A DNA stretch of 64,000 bases, taken from the NCBI GenBank assembly GCA_965215505.1, contig OZ244065.1, forward strand, positions 4,032,001 through 4,096,000, in the 5' to 3' direction. The translations under genes were made by a program, and so were the position numbers. Below, in pieces: positions 28,647 to 38,463 of the stretch. The notes below the pieces were generated by a model. That model was not told where the DNA came from. It was given only the letters and a program-made list of their open reading frames with translations, and made no database searches. Source of the DNA: Capsulimonadaceae bacterium. Lineage in GTDB: Bacteria; Armatimonadota; Armatimonadia; Armatimonadales; Capsulimonadaceae. How positions within the stretch are numbered: position 1 is the stretch's first letter; each line of letters begins with the position of its first letter.

Positions 28647-29285
28647 ATGACCGAACTCCTCCAAATCAACCCCGCCGACCCCGATCCGGCCATCCTGGCC
28701 CACGCCGGGGACGTCCTGCGAATGGGCGGGCTGGTCGCCTATCCGACCGAAACCGTCTACGGCCTGGCCGCAAGCGCCTTCGTCGTGGACAGCGTCGCGC
28801 GCGTCTTTGATGCCAAGCAGCGGCCGTTCGGCCAGGCCCTGCCGGTGCAGATCGCCGCGCCGGAAGAGGTCGAGACGCTGGCGCGTGACGTGTCCGCCGA
28901 GGCCAAGCGGCTGGTCGTCGACTTTTTCCCCGGACCGCTGACTTTGGTGCTGTGGCGGCTGCCCTCCGTCTCGCTCACCGTGACCGGCGGCGGCAACACC
29001 ATCGGGCTGCGGATGCCCGACCACCCGATCGCCCTGGGCGTCCTGCGCGCCTTCGGTGCCCCGGTCGTCTGCCCCTCGGCAAACCTCACGGGCCGCCGCG
29101 CCCCCATGTCCGCCCGTGACGTGCTGGACGACCTGGACGGCCGGATAGACCTCGTTCTGGACGGCGGCGAGACGGCGGACCGGACCCCCAGCAGCGTCCT
29201 GGACCTGACGACGCGGCCCGCCCGCCTGCTCCGCGAGGGCAAGATCGGGCGGGCCGTCTTGGAGGGCTATGTGGAGATCGCGTAG
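28647..29285 (+). CDS. tsaC: L-threonylcarbamoyladenylate synthase (TsaC/Sua5/YrdC)
   Basis: VAYPTETVYGL, K.RP, PGPLTLV, GLRMPDHP, PSAN, LLREG. Confidence 0.92.
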   Translation: MTELLQINPADPDPAILAHAGDVLRMGGLVAYPTETVYGLAASAFVVDSVARVFDAKQRPFGQALPVQIAAPEEVETLARDVSAEAKRLVVDFFPGPLTLVLWRLPSVSLTVTGGGNTIGLRMPDHPIALGVLRAFGAPVVCPSANLTGRRAPMSARDVLDDLDGRIDLVLDGGETADRTPSSVLDLTTRPARLLREGKIGRAVLEGYVEIA

Positions 29286-29305
29286 GGGCGGGGTCCCCCT
29301 GCCCT
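29282..29305 (+). repeat. GTAG-type REP overlapping the tsaC stop codon
   Basis: GTAGGGGCGGGGTCCCCCTGCCCT; near-identical copies at 32917 and 33380. Confidence 0.75.
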
Positions 29306-29325
29306 CTTCTATCCTGGCCCACTTC

Positions 29326-30072
29326 TCAGGCATTCTCGTACACGTTCCCCGCCACATCCACGCCGCGCGCCAGCCAGATCGGGTGGCCGACGTTCCTCTC
29401 CGGATAGACCATCGTGGTCGTCGGGAAGTAGCGCATGGTATAGCCCGCCCGGCGCTTGTCCGAGGTGTTCGCCCGCGCACCGTGCATGATCCGCGCTTCG
29501 TGCAGGCTGCACTCGTCCGGCTTCAGCTCGAAATAGACCGCCTGAGACTCGTCTATCAGGTCCGCCTTGATCTGCGACTGGAAGATGTTGGCCGACTCGT
29601 CCGCCACGGCCTCATACTCCGAGAAGCCGCCGTGCTGGCTGCCGGGGATGACCGCCATGCAGCCGTTCTCCTTCGTCGCCTCGTCAATCGCCAGCCAGAC
29701 CGTGCAGATGCCCGCCATCGTGGAGGTCCGCCCGTTCCAGTAGGACGAGTCCTCGTGCCACGGTGTGGCCTTACCCATCTTGGGGTCCTTGGAGATGAAG
29801 TGGCTGGCCCACAGCCCGATGTTCGGCCCGACCAGCGGCTCGATCAGGTCCAGGACCTCGGCGGACAGCAGGAACTCCAACAGACGTGCGTCGCGCGTGT
29901 GAATCATGTCCATGCCGCCGGACCCCTCGCGGGCCAGGTTCTCTTCAAAGATCGCCCGCAGCTTGGCGAACTTGTCCGGCGCGAACAGCGGCTGCTTGAC
30001 CAGCGTGTAGCCGTCTCGCTGGTACTGCGCGGCCTGTTCGGGCGTCAGGCGGGGGGAAGTGAGTGTCGTCAT
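29326..30072 (-). CDS. Phytanoyl-CoA dioxygenase (PhyH) family Fe/2OG enzyme
   Basis: PWHED, TVWLAIDEATKENGCM.VIPGS, H..H, NTSDKRR. Confidence 0.88.
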   Translation of the reverse strand: MTTLTSPRLTPEQAAQYQRDGYTLVKQPLFAPDKFAKLRAIFEENLAREGSGGMDMIHTRDARLLEFLLSAEVLDLIEPLVGPNIGLWASHFISKDPKMGKATPWHEDSSYWNGRTSTMAGICTVWLAIDEATKENGCMAVIPGSQHGGFSEYEAVADESANIFQSQIKADLIDESQAVYFELKPDECSLHEARIMHGARANTSDKRRAGYTMRYFPTTTMVYPERNVGHPIWLARGVDVAGNVYENA

Positions 30073-30167
30073 CGGCGTGGCCTCCGGTGGTGTGTGATGC
30101 GACCATTATACGGCAACGGCCATGAAAGGTCTTGCGCTGGGACAACCATTTATTGTATCCTAGCGAC

Positions 30168-31034
30168 ATGGCACCCCAGCACCTGCATTTCGACCGGGTC
30201 GCGCCTGGCCGCGACTTCCATGCCGCCCTCGCCCCCGACTTCCCCCGCCGGGCGGACCTCGTGCTGCACACCCACGACTTTTCCGAGGCGATGTATGTCC
30301 TGGATGGGGCCGGGACGCACGCCCTGAACGGCGCGGATCACGTCCTGCGCGCGGGTGACCTGCTGTGGATACGCCCCCAGGACCGTCACGGCTTTTATGT
30401 GCGTCCCGGTCAAAAGATGCACTTCATCAACATCGCGTTCCGGCAGGGACTGTGGGCCGACTTCCGCCGCCTGGCCCTGGATGCGCCCGGCCCAACCGAC
30501 TGGGAGGCCGCGCCCGCCCCGCCCGCCGTCCACGTCCCGCCCGCGCGCCGGTCTGAAAGCGCCCGGCTCTTCCAGGACATGCTGCTGCTGTTCCATGCCC
30601 GCCCCACGCGCCTGGCCTTGTGCCGTTTCTGGGGAGAACTCCTGTCGCTGCTCGCGCCGCCGCCCGCCCTGCCGTCGCCCGACGCGCCCCCGCCGGTCGG
30701 CCCCGCCTGGCTGGCCCGCGCCTGCCTCTCTCTGCACTCCGAGGACGCCCTGCGGGCGGGCGTCCCGCGCCTGGTCGAACTGTGCGGGGTCAGCCCCGCC
30801 CACCTCGCCCGGACGCTGAAGGCGAGCCAGGGCCGGACGCCGACCGAGTTTGTCAACGCCCTGCGACTGGAACACGCCGCCGTACTGCTGGCGACGACGA
30901 CGCAGGAGATCAGCGAAGTCGCCGCCGACTGTGGCTTTGAGAACCTGTCCTACTTCTACCGCCTGTTCCGCGCCCGCTTCGGCCAGTCCCCGCGCCGCTA
31001 CCGGCTGGGCGCGCGCCTGGCGGTGCTGCCATAG
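30168..31034 (+). CDS. AraC-family regulator (ChbR/RhaR-like)
   Basis: Cupin LHTHDF.E; C-terminal HTH EVAADCGFENLSYFYRLF..SPRRYR. TATCCT 6 nt upstream of the ATG. Confidence 0.88.
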   Translation: MAPQHLHFDRVAPGRDFHAALAPDFPRRADLVLHTHDFSEAMYVLDGAGTHALNGADHVLRAGDLLWIRPQDRHGFYVRPGQKMHFINIAFRQGLWADFRRLALDAPGPTDWEAAPAPPAVHVPPARRSESARLFQDMLLLFHARPTRLALCRFWGELLSLLAPPPALPSPDAPPPVGPAWLARACLSLHSEDALRAGVPRLVELCGVSPAHLARTLKASQGRTPTEFVNALRLEHAAVLLATTTQEISEVAADCGFENLSYFYRLFRARFGQSPRRYRLGARLAVLP

Positions 31035-31078
31035 GGGTGCCCGCCGCCTGCGCCGCTTTCGGGTACAATGTCCCCATC

Positions 31079-32815
31079 GTGCCTACCTTCCTCCGCATCC
31101 TTTCCCTGCTGCGCCCTTATACCCCCCCACTCGTTTTCGGCTTCCTCTGCCTCATCGGGTCGGTTGCCCTCGAACTCGCCCCGCCGCTGGTCTGGGGCGT
31201 CGTCGTGGATGACGTGGTCGTCCGCCGCCACGTCCAGAAACTCTGGCCCGCCGTGGTGGCCCTGACCCTGATCGCCGGCGGCAGCGCCGTCCTGTCCGCC
31301 GTCCGCACCCGGATTCTGGAATCGGTCGGCCAGCGATTCGTCTATGACCTGCGGAACACGCTTTATGACAAGCTCTCCCATCAGTCGCTGGCCTACTTCA
31401 ATGAGGCCCGGACGGGCGACCTGATGAGCCGGGCATCGTCCGACGTGGACGCCGTGCAGGAGGTGGTCATCCGTGGCACCGACTCGATCATCGCGAACTT
31501 CCTGCGGCTGGCCGGGGTCGCGGTCATCTTCTGTGCCCTGAACCTGAAACTCGGGCTTGCCACCCTTCTGCCCATCCTGCTGGTCGGCGTCTTCCTGAAA
31601 CTGTTCAACAAGCGCGTCAAAGGCGTTTACAAAGCCGCCCGCGAGAAGCTGGGCCTGGTCAATGCCAAGCTGCAAGACAACCTCTCAGGCATCCGGGTCA
31701 TCAAGGCGTTCGCCCGCGAGCGGGCCGAGGCGGAGGCGTTCGAGCGCGTCAACCATCGCTATCTGAAGGACAACATCGAGGCAATCAAGCTGCGTGCGAC
31801 GTTCTTCCCGTTCGTCCGCTGGATCGCCTCCTTCGGCAACACCATCACCATCGGCTACGGCGCGTGGCTGATTTTGCACGGGCAGTTCACCGTCGGCGGC
31901 CTGGTGGCCTACCGGGGTTACGGGCGGTACTTCTTCGGGCCGATTGACGACCTGACCCAGATCAACGACACCATCCAGCGGGCCGTCGCGGCGGGCAACC
32001 GCATCTTCACCGTTCTGGACGCCCCCGTCACGGTCACGGACGCGCCCGGCGCGGTCACCCTGCCGCCCGTGCGCGGCGGCATCGTCTTCGACCAGGTGGA
32101 GTTCCGCTACCGCACGGATACCCCGCCCATCCTGGACCGGCTCACGCTCCGCATCCAGCCGGGCCAGACAGCCGCCCTGGTCGGCGACTCGGGTGCGGGC
32201 AAAAGCACCCTGTTCGCCCTCGTGTCCCGCTTCTGGGACCCCGACGCGGGCCGCGTCCTTGTAGACGGCCATGACCTGCGCGACGTCACCCAGGAGTCGT
32301 TGCGCCGCCAGATCGCCTCAGTGCAGCAGGAGACGTTCCTGTTCGGGGCCAGCGTCAAAGAGAACATCCGCTACGCCCGCCCGGACGCCGAAGACTCCGA
32401 GGTGGAGGAAGCCGCCCGCGCCGCCAACGCCCACGACTTCATCACCGCCCTGCCCGACGGCTACGACACGCTTGTCGGCGAGCGCGGCGTCAAGCTCTCC
32501 GGCGGCCAGCGGCAGCGGCTCTCGGTCGCCCGCGCCTTCCTCGCCGACCCGGCCATCCTCCTCTTGGACGAGGCCACCAGCGCCGTCGAGCCGGACTCGG
32601 AGCGCGTCATCCAGGACGCCCTGGCCCGCCTGATGCGGGGCCGGACGACCATCCTCGCCGCCCACCGCCTGTCCACCGTCCGCCACGCCGACGTCATCTT
32701 CGTCCTGGACCACGGCCGCCTCGCCGAGCAGGGCACGCATGACGCCCTGATGCGCCAGGGTGGCCGCTACGCCCGCCTCGTCTCCCAGCAGCAGGGCGTG
32801 TTGGAACCCGCGTAA
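31079..32815 (+). CDS. ABC exporter, fused permease and ATPase (MsbA/MdlB-like)
   Basis: [33 protein letters not shown] with TGDLMSR. Confidence 0.92.
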   Translation: MPTFLRILSLLRPYTPPLVFGFLCLIGSVALELAPPLVWGVVVDDVVVRRHVQKLWPAVVALTLIAGGSAVLSAVRTRILESVGQRFVYDLRNTLYDKLSHQSLAYFNEARTGDLMSRASSDVDAVQEVVIRGTDSIIANFLRLAGVAVIFCALNLKLGLATLLPILLVGVFLKLFNKRVKGVYKAAREKLGLVNAKLQDNLSGIRVIKAFARERAEAEAFERVNHRYLKDNIEAIKLRATFFPFVRWIASFGNTITIGYGAWLILHGQFTVGGLVAYRGYGRYFFGPIDDLTQINDTIQRAVAAGNRIFTVLDAPVTVTDAPGAVTLPPVRGGIVFDQVEFRYRTDTPPILDRLTLRIQPGQTAALVGDSGAGKSTLFALVSRFWDPDAGRVLVDGHDLRDVTQESLRRQIASVQQETFLFGASVKENIRYARPDAEDSEVEEAARAANAHDFITALPDGYDTLVGERGVKLSGGQRQRLSVARAFLADPAILLLDEATSAVEPDSERVIQDALARLMRGRTTILAAHRLSTVRHADVIFVLDHGRLAEQGTHDALMRQGGRYARLVSQQQGVLEPA

Positions 32816-32940
32816 GGGCGCGATTCATCGCGCCCCATCCTGGGGGGCTGGAAAGAACCGGGGGGCAGGGCGACCCTGCCCCTACGGCCTGTTCCGGCCT
32901 GTTCCGGCCTGTTCTCGTAGGGGCGGGGTCCCCCCGCCCT
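32812..32940. repeat. Cluster of GTAG/GTAA REPs, including a REPIN with a 10-bp x3 spacer repeat
   Basis: GTAAGGGCGCGATTCATCGCGCCC; GGGCAGGGCGACCCTGCCCCTAC-(GGCCTGTTCC)n-GTAGGGGCGGGGTCCCCCCGCCCT. Confidence 0.75.
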
Positions 32941-33059
32941 CCTCTATCCCCTCCCTTGTTTCCCTTGTGCCCCTCAGCCCTGGAAGCGATCTTCCCGATG
33001 CAGGAATAAAGCCTGCCCATGGGGAACCAGCAGGCAGGCGATACATGAGGAGGAGGCAA

Positions 33060-33302
33060 ATGGCAACGACAATACCTACTGTGCAGAAGAGCCGGATCAG
33101 GTCGGTCACGCAGGCCGTGATGCCGTCTGTGCAGATGGCGTCACAAGTGATACTTGGCGTTAGCGTGATGGACGCGGCCCGCGAGTTGTTCTATCCGGAC
33201 ATGCCACGGCACAGCCCAGAACTCTACCTGTGCAGGCTGGGCAGCTTTCTGGCCGGCGTCATTCTGGTGAAGGCAGCCCAATGGCGGAAGACCACGGGTT
33301 GA
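33060..33302 (+). CDS. Small hypothetical membrane protein (80 aa)
   Basis: Strong AGGAGGAGG RBS; two moderately hydrophobic segments. Confidence 0.45.
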   Translation: MATTIPTVQKSRIRSVTQAVMPSVQMASQVILGVSVMDAARELFYPDMPRHSPELYLCRLGSFLAGVILVKAAQWRKTTG

Positions 33303-33494
33303 AACCCGAGGCACCGAAAAGCCCGCCGTCCAGGGGACGCGAGAGACAGGAGCAGACGCAAGAAATAGGGTATGGCCCTGTAGGGGCGGGGTCCCCCCGC
33401 CCTCTTTCAATCCCTGCTCTCCTGTCTCCGCCCTTCCTCATCCTAACGTCGTTTCGACGGTGGGAACTTCGGTGCCTTGGGTTTCAACCCACGG
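33292..33494. repeat. Nested foldback: GGGTTGAAACCC-type REP pair enclosing a GTAG REP
   Basis: CCACGGGTTGAAACCCGAGGCACCGAA ... TTCGGTGCCTTGGGTTTCAACCCACGG; inner GAGACAGGAG/CTCCTGTCTC; central REP at 33380-33403. Confidence 0.75.
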
Positions 33495-33520
33495 CCCTCT
33501 TGAATCGAGGATTACAGCGC

Positions 33521-34165
33521 GTGGCAAGATTTTTGGTGACCGAGGCCGACGGCGTACTGGTCGTCGAGCGCAACAGGAAAATGGATGCTCTAACCTTCGC
33601 CTGCTTCGCCCTGGCAGCGGCCCTGACGCTCGGACTTTTGTGGCTCCCGATCCGCCACGGGCCGCCCGTCTGGGTCCGTCTTGATCTGACGGCCTGCCTG
33701 ATGCCGGTCTTTACCATCTTCGGCTGGGCAATGGCTGACTCGTGCCGCCGCCGGACGTTCGTCTTCGACCGCGCCCAGGGCCAGGTGTCCTTCAACGGGT
33801 GGCCCGTCCAGGCGATGGCGGAACTCCAAAGCGTCTATCTGGAGCGTGTTTCCTACCGCGACTCCCAGGCCAACATCCTGTTTTTGCGGACAAAAAATCG
33901 GGTGCAGATCGAGATCACGCGTGAGGGCCTTCCGGGAGGTACTCTGCCGGAGATGCGGCGCATGGCGGAGCGGATCGCGGACTACGCCGGGGTTGATCTA
34001 GTGACACCTGACGGCTTCATGCCGGGCTGGCGGAGTGCTATCATCTCCTCGGACCGTCTGAAGCGCCAGGGAAAGAGGCCGTGCCAAAGGCTGAAGCGGC
34101 TTAAAGCGGATGGCCCATCAAGTCGGCGGCGCAATCTCCGGGCGCGTCATTGGGGCGCGCGCTGA
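33521..34165 (+). CDS. Hypothetical two-TM membrane protein
   Basis: Two TMs followed by TFVFDRAQGQV; start codon uncertain. Confidence 0.5.
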   Translation: MARFLVTEADGVLVVERNRKMDALTFACFALAAALTLGLLWLPIRHGPPVWVRLDLTACLMPVFTIFGWAMADSCRRRTFVFDRAQGQVSFNGWPVQAMAELQSVYLERVSYRDSQANILFLRTKNRVQIEITREGLPGGTLPEMRRMAERIADYAGVDLVTPDGFMPGWRSAIISSDRLKRQGKRPCQRLKRLKADGPSSRRRNLRARHWGAR

Positions 34166-34251
34166 ACGCCGCTTGGGCCGCAGGCACGACCACTCAGCCG
34201 CGCTCGGACCGATCTCGTAAAAGTTCAGGTGCTTGTCAAAGGAGAAGAGCC

Positions 34252-34599
34252 ATGATCAAAGTGTTCACGTCGCCGAACCTGGCGGAAGCCGAAATGCTGC
34301 AAGGCATTCTGGAGGGGGAGGCTATTCCCTGCATCGTGCGGAACCAGCATTCCAACATCGCGAACGGAGAAATCCCCTTCACGGACAACTGGCCGGAGAT
34401 CTGGGTCCTGCGCGAAGCCGACGCCGACGCGGCCCGGCTGCTCCTCAGCACGCCCGCGCCCGTCGCCGCCGACTGGGTGTGCCCCCGGTGCGGGGAGGAC
34501 AACGAAGGCCAGTTCACCGCCTGCTGGAACTGCTCCCAGAACCGGCCCGTGGCGGGGCTGGAAGGGGCGGGGCTGGAAGGGGCGGGGGCGGAGGCATGA
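34252..34599 (+). CDS. DUF2007 putative signal-transducing protein with RanBP2-type Zn finger
   Basis: EAEMLQGILE...IPC.VRN, GEIPF..WPEIWV, W.CP.CGE.NE..F..CWNC. Confidence 0.8.
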   Translation: MIKVFTSPNLAEAEMLQGILEGEAIPCIVRNQHSNIANGEIPFTDNWPEIWVLREADADAARLLLSTPAPVAADWVCPRCGEDNEGQFTACWNCSQNRPVAGLEGAGLEGAGAEA

Positions 34600-34859
34600 A
34601 ACTGACCGGGGACCTCCAGAGCGCGCGGCTGATCTACCTGAAGGGGTTCCTGTTCCTGGTGACGGGCCTGCTCGCCCTGACCGCGCTCCTGCTGGACAGC
34701 CCGACGCTGCGGACGGCGTTCCTGCTGGGGATCGCCATCTGGTCGTTCTGCCGCCTGTACTACTTCATGTTCTATGTCATCGAGAAGTATGTGGACCCAG
34801 GCTACAAGTTCGCCGGGCTGTATTCGTTCCTGGTGTATCTGGCGCGAAGGCGGGGGTAG
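34596..34859 (+). CDS. Small membrane hypothetical protein
   Basis: IYLKGFLF..WSFCRLYYFMFYVIEKYVDPGYKFAGL; coupled ATGA start. Confidence 0.7.
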   Translation: MKLTGDLQSARLIYLKGFLFLVTGLLALTALLLDSPTLRTAFLLGIAIWSFCRLYYFMFYVIEKYVDPGYKFAGLYSFLVYLARRRG

Positions 34860-34893
34860 GGGAGGGACCCGGCCATGAGTGGCCGGTTCATGC

Positions 34894-35428
34894 ATGCCAA
34901 AACACTACATGATGGAAATGCGCCTCGATCTGTCATCCGTAGACACAGCGGCATTTGGGGCCATCGTCAACGCTCAAACAGGAGGCGGAGGCAGACCCGG
35001 AGGCCGTGGGACGGGCCTACCAATGTCACATGACGTGTCGCTTGCGGCAGCCGCCGACGGTCTTGCGGCGGGAGCCGATCCCGTTTGAGCAGTGGCAGGA
35101 GAGCGTCGTGACTGGCCCTGAAGCCTTGCCGGACGCCTACTTCATCGCTAAATCTAGTGCAGAATACGTTGGCGTATGCCTTTTGGAACGGGTCGTCGGG
35201 AATCCGGAGGCATTGGGGAGTGGGTTCACGGGGACGCTGCCCGCGTGGAGCGGGAGGGGCATCGCGAAGGCGCTCAAGGCCCATGCACTGCTCTGGGCCA
35301 ACCGGCAGGGCTACGGCTGGGTCGAGACGAGTAACCTTCAGATAAACCGCAGGATGTGCGCGATCAACCGGACACTCGGCTTCCAGATCGTCCGGCGTCA
35401 CCTGCACGCCTACGCCGTTCCCGCCTAA
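34894..35428 (+). pseudogene. Frameshifted GNAT acetyltransferase
   Basis: N-part MEMRLDLSSVD..FGA is in one frame. C-part with TGTLPAWSGRGIAKALK and T.N...N..M..IN..LGF is in another. Break near 34965. Confidence 0.6.
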
Positions 35429-35435
35429 ACTTCCC

Positions 35436-37148
35436 CTAAAACCCCTGCAAAAAGCTGACGCTGACGATGTGGCGGCGCAAAGTCTCGCCGTAGTCCGCGC
35501 CGCCCGTGCCGCTGCCGGGGGCGAGGACCAGGCCGGGGTAGGGGTCTTCGCGGTAGAAGTCGTAAGACAACCCGACGGACCGGGCCGCGCTGAGGTGGTA
35601 GGCGAGGGAGACGTCTAGGGCGGAGGCGCGGACGGCGGGGAAGTCGGCGGAGGCGCGGCGGCGGTCGCGGCCTTCAGCGCTGAGGTCCAGGCGCGGGGCG
35701 AGTCGCTGGCCCAGTCGCAGATACACCTCGTTGCCGTTGGGCCCGATAGGGTCGCCGAGCGGCAGGCCGTCCCGAAAAGACGCCAGTGTCGGGATGGCGG
35801 GCGGGACACGGGTGTAAAGTTCGCGGTCGGCGTGGGTGAACTCCAAGACGACATCCGTCCCGGACCGGGCAAAGGCGTCCGCGTAGCCCAGCAGGTAGGC
35901 GATCTTGCGCGGCGTCTTGTTGCCCAGGCCCAGGCCGTTCGGGGCCTGGAGGTCGTCAACGTAGAACTGGGTGTAGAGCCGCCGCGGAGTGCCCGGCCCG
36001 CGCGGGGTGACGGCGAAGCCGATGTTGAGGTTGTAGTTGAAGACGTAAGGCTCGCGGCTGTTGCCCAGATACGTCTTTTGGTAGAGGTAATACGGCAGCA
36101 CCTGCAAGGGACCTTTGCCGAACTCCGTGGAGGTGTACGTCTCCTCGACCGATAGCATAGTCCGGTCGCCGATGGGGTGTTCCAGCCGCCGCCCGCCGCT
36201 GTAGATGGTCCGGCCGGCGTTGCTGTAACGCGACAGGAGCTGGGTCAGACGGTAATCCCCCAAGAGGTGTCCGAGCGAGAACGGCAGCTCCAGTTGGAAG
36301 GTCGGGCGGGCGGGCGCGTTGTCGTCCAGGAGCAGGTCCCCCCGGTATCCGCTGCCCCAGCGCTGGCGCAGCTCGCCGACGGTCACGCGCAGGCCGCGAC
36401 TGCTGACGGCGGTCACGTAGGCCTCGTCTATGCCGTTCAGCAGGTCCGGCTCGTCCCCGCCGCTGTGGCCGTCATTGCGGGTGCTGACCGAGGAGTTCAG
36501 CCGGGTCTGGCGGTAGATGTTGGTCAGGCTGACCGTGTAAGCCCCGTCGCGCCCCAGGTTCCCCAGCAGGCGCGCGCGCCCGAGCAGCTCGCCGTGGCTG
36601 TGGAGGTTCGTTCCCTCGTCATCCCTGCCACCCGCCGTGGCCTCGACGAAGCCGGTGACGACCGGCGTGGAGGTGCCCCCGGAGGGGAACGGCTCGTCGG
36701 GCTTTCCGAGTTCGGGCGCGAGGATGTTCCGGCAGTAGGCCAGGGCAGCGGCGGCGCGCGCATCAGCGGGAACGTCCGTGATGGGCCGGATGATGTCTGC
36801 CATCTCGCGGCGGGTGTAGAGCCGGGCCGTGACGCCCAGAAGCCGTGTCGCGTCCGGCGAGCCGGGCGGCGTCAGGTGCTTGGCCGTGAGCAGGGCGACG
36901 GCGTCATACAGGCCGGACCCGGCGGGGACCAGGTCCTCGGGCGACGTAGCGCGGGCGGGGGACAGGGCGAAGGACAGTATCAGGGCGAGCGGGAGGGCAG
37001 CGCGGAGCAGAAGCGTGGAGCCTAGGGCCGGCACAGAACACAGGGCGAACACAAGGTTCGCCCCTACGACCTGTTTTCCTAGTCCGTAGGGGCGAACCTT
37101 GTGTTCGCCCTTCCTGTTCTGTTCGCCCGTCTTTCCAAATGTTTTCAT
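35436..37148 (-). CDS. Capsule assembly Wzi-like outer-membrane protein
   Basis: VTVG...RWG.G..G.LLL.DNA, LG.PIGPNG; beta-strand-rich; terminal Phe; last gene of the polysaccharide locus. Confidence 0.7.
   Translation of the reverse strand: MKTFGKTGEQNRKGEHKVRPYGLGKQVVGANLVFALCSVPALGSTLLLRAALPLALILSFALSPARATSPEDLVPAGSGLYDAVALLTAKHLTPPGSPDATRLLGVTARLYTRREMADIIRPITDVPADARAAAALAYCRNILAPELGKPDEPFPSGGTSTPVVTGFVEATAGGRDDEGTNLHSHGELLGRARLLGNLGRDGAYTVSLTNIYRQTRLNSSVSTRNDGHSGGDEPDLLNGIDEAYVTAVSSRGLRVTVGELRQRWGSGYRGDLLLDDNAPARPTFQLELPFSLGHLLGDYRLTQLLSRYSNAGRTIYSGGRRLEHPIGDRTMLSVEETYTSTEFGKGPLQVLPYYLYQKTYLGNSREPYVFNYNLNIGFAVTPRGPGTPRRLYTQFYVDDLQAPNGLGLGNKTPRKIAYLLGYADAFARSGTDVVLEFTHADRELYTRVPPAIPTLASFRDGLPLGDPIGPNGNEVYLRLGQRLAPRLDLSAEGRDRRRASADFPAVRASALDVSLAYHLSAARSVGLSYDFYREDPYPGLVLAPGSGTGGADYGETLRRHIVSVSFLQGF
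37042..37111. repeat. REPIN (inverted GTAG REPs) inside the 5' region of the wzi-like ORF
   Basis: AGGGCGAACACAAGGTTCGCCCCTAC ... GTAGGGGCGAACCTTGTGTTCGCCCT, perfect 26-bp inverted repeat. Confidence 0.85.
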
Positions 37149-38425
37149 AGCGGCACCGCGCCCGGTTTGCCGACGGACGGCGAGGCCCCGCTGCCGGGCA
37201 TCAGCCGCTCGAAAATGGCCTCGTACTGGCGCGCGACACTGACGCGGGTGTAGTGCGCCTCGACGTGCAGCCGGCCACGGCGGCCAAGCTCCGCGCACCG
37301 CGTCCGGTCGTCATAAAGCGACTGCACGGCGTCGGCCAGCGCGCGGGCGTCTTCGGGCGGGACGCACAGGCCGCAGCCCGAGTCGGCGATCACCTTGGAG
37401 GTCTCGCTGTGGGCGTCCACGCCCGCGATCATCGGGCGGGCGACGCCCATGATCGTGAACAGCTTGCTCGGCACCGAGTCGTTAGTGAAGCCACGCCGGA
37501 GCGGGATCAGGCCGACATCGGCGGCGGAATACAGGAGTGGCACGCGGTCGTAAGACTGGTACGGCAGGAACTCGACGTTGGTCAGCCCCAGCGCCTCGGC
37601 CTGCGCCATCAGAGCAGGCTTGGACGCCCCGTTGCCGACGACGGCGAATAGCAGGTCTGGGATGTGCCGCAGCAGGTGGGCGGCCTCAAGGACCGTGTCC
37701 AGCCCCTGGGACATGCCGACGTTGCCGGCGAATAGGGCGACGAATTTGTCGTCCCAGCCCTGCTCCCGGCTGAACTCGTTGCGGCGCGGGTGGGGCGCGA
37801 CGAAGGCGGCGTCAATGAAGTTCGGGATGACCTCGATCTTCTCGGTCGGCACGCCCTTGGCGGCCAGGTTTTCCTTGAAGCCCTCGGAGATCACCGTGAT
37901 CGCCGCCGAGTGGGCGTAAACGAACTTTTCCAGCTTCTTGTAGACGGCGATGACGGCGGGGTTCTTCATGACGCCCATGCGGATAGCGACGTCCGGGTAG
38001 ATGTCCTGGATGTTGGAGATGAACGGGACGCCGCGCAGCCGCCCCAGCAGGTAGGCCGACGCGCCGTTGGTCAGCGGCGGCGAGGGGGAGGGCGTGACGA
38101 TGATGTCCGGGCGCGGCATGAGCTGGCCGGCCAGGGCGGAGAGCAGGGTGAACGAAAGGTAGGAAAAGAAGCGCGGCAGCAGCCTGTCTTTGTTGACGGG
38201 GACATACGACCAGACGCGCTGGACCAGGATCTTGCCCTGCCGCTCGCGCATCCACGCCTTGCCCCTGTACTCTTTCCAGATGGAGTTGGTCGAGTAGTGC
38301 GGCATGCTGGTGACGACCCGGACATCGTGCCCCTGCTCGGCCAGCTCCTCGGCAAGCTCCGCCATGAGGATGCCGGTGGCCGCGTTGTCCGGCTTGTAAT
38401 ACATCGTCAGAAAAAGAATCCGCAT
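37145..38425 (-). CDS. GT4 glycosyltransferase (WcaI/WbuB-like)
   Basis: MRILFLT.YY.PD, IQDIYPD, AGNVG.SQGL, VPSKLFTIM. Confidence 0.88.
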   Translation of the reverse strand: MRILFLTMYYKPDNAATGILMAELAEELAEQGHDVRVVTSMPHYSTNSIWKEYRGKAWMRERQGKILVQRVWSYVPVNKDRLLPRFFSYLSFTLLSALAGQLMPRPDIIVTPSPSPPLTNGASAYLLGRLRGVPFISNIQDIYPDVAIRMGVMKNPAVIAVYKKLEKFVYAHSAAITVISEGFKENLAAKGVPTEKIEVIPNFIDAAFVAPHPRRNEFSREQGWDDKFVALFAGNVGMSQGLDTVLEAAHLLRHIPDLLFAVVGNGASKPALMAQAEALGLTNVEFLPYQSYDRVPLLYSAADVGLIPLRRGFTNDSVPSKLFTIMGVARPMIAGVDAHSETSKVIADSGCGLCVPPEDARALADAVQSLYDDRTRCAELGRRGRLHVEAHYTRVSVARQYEAIFERLMPGSGASPSVGKPGAVPL

Positions 38426-38463
38426 GAACCCATCCGCCCCGTTCCGCCTCAGTCCGCGCCGGC

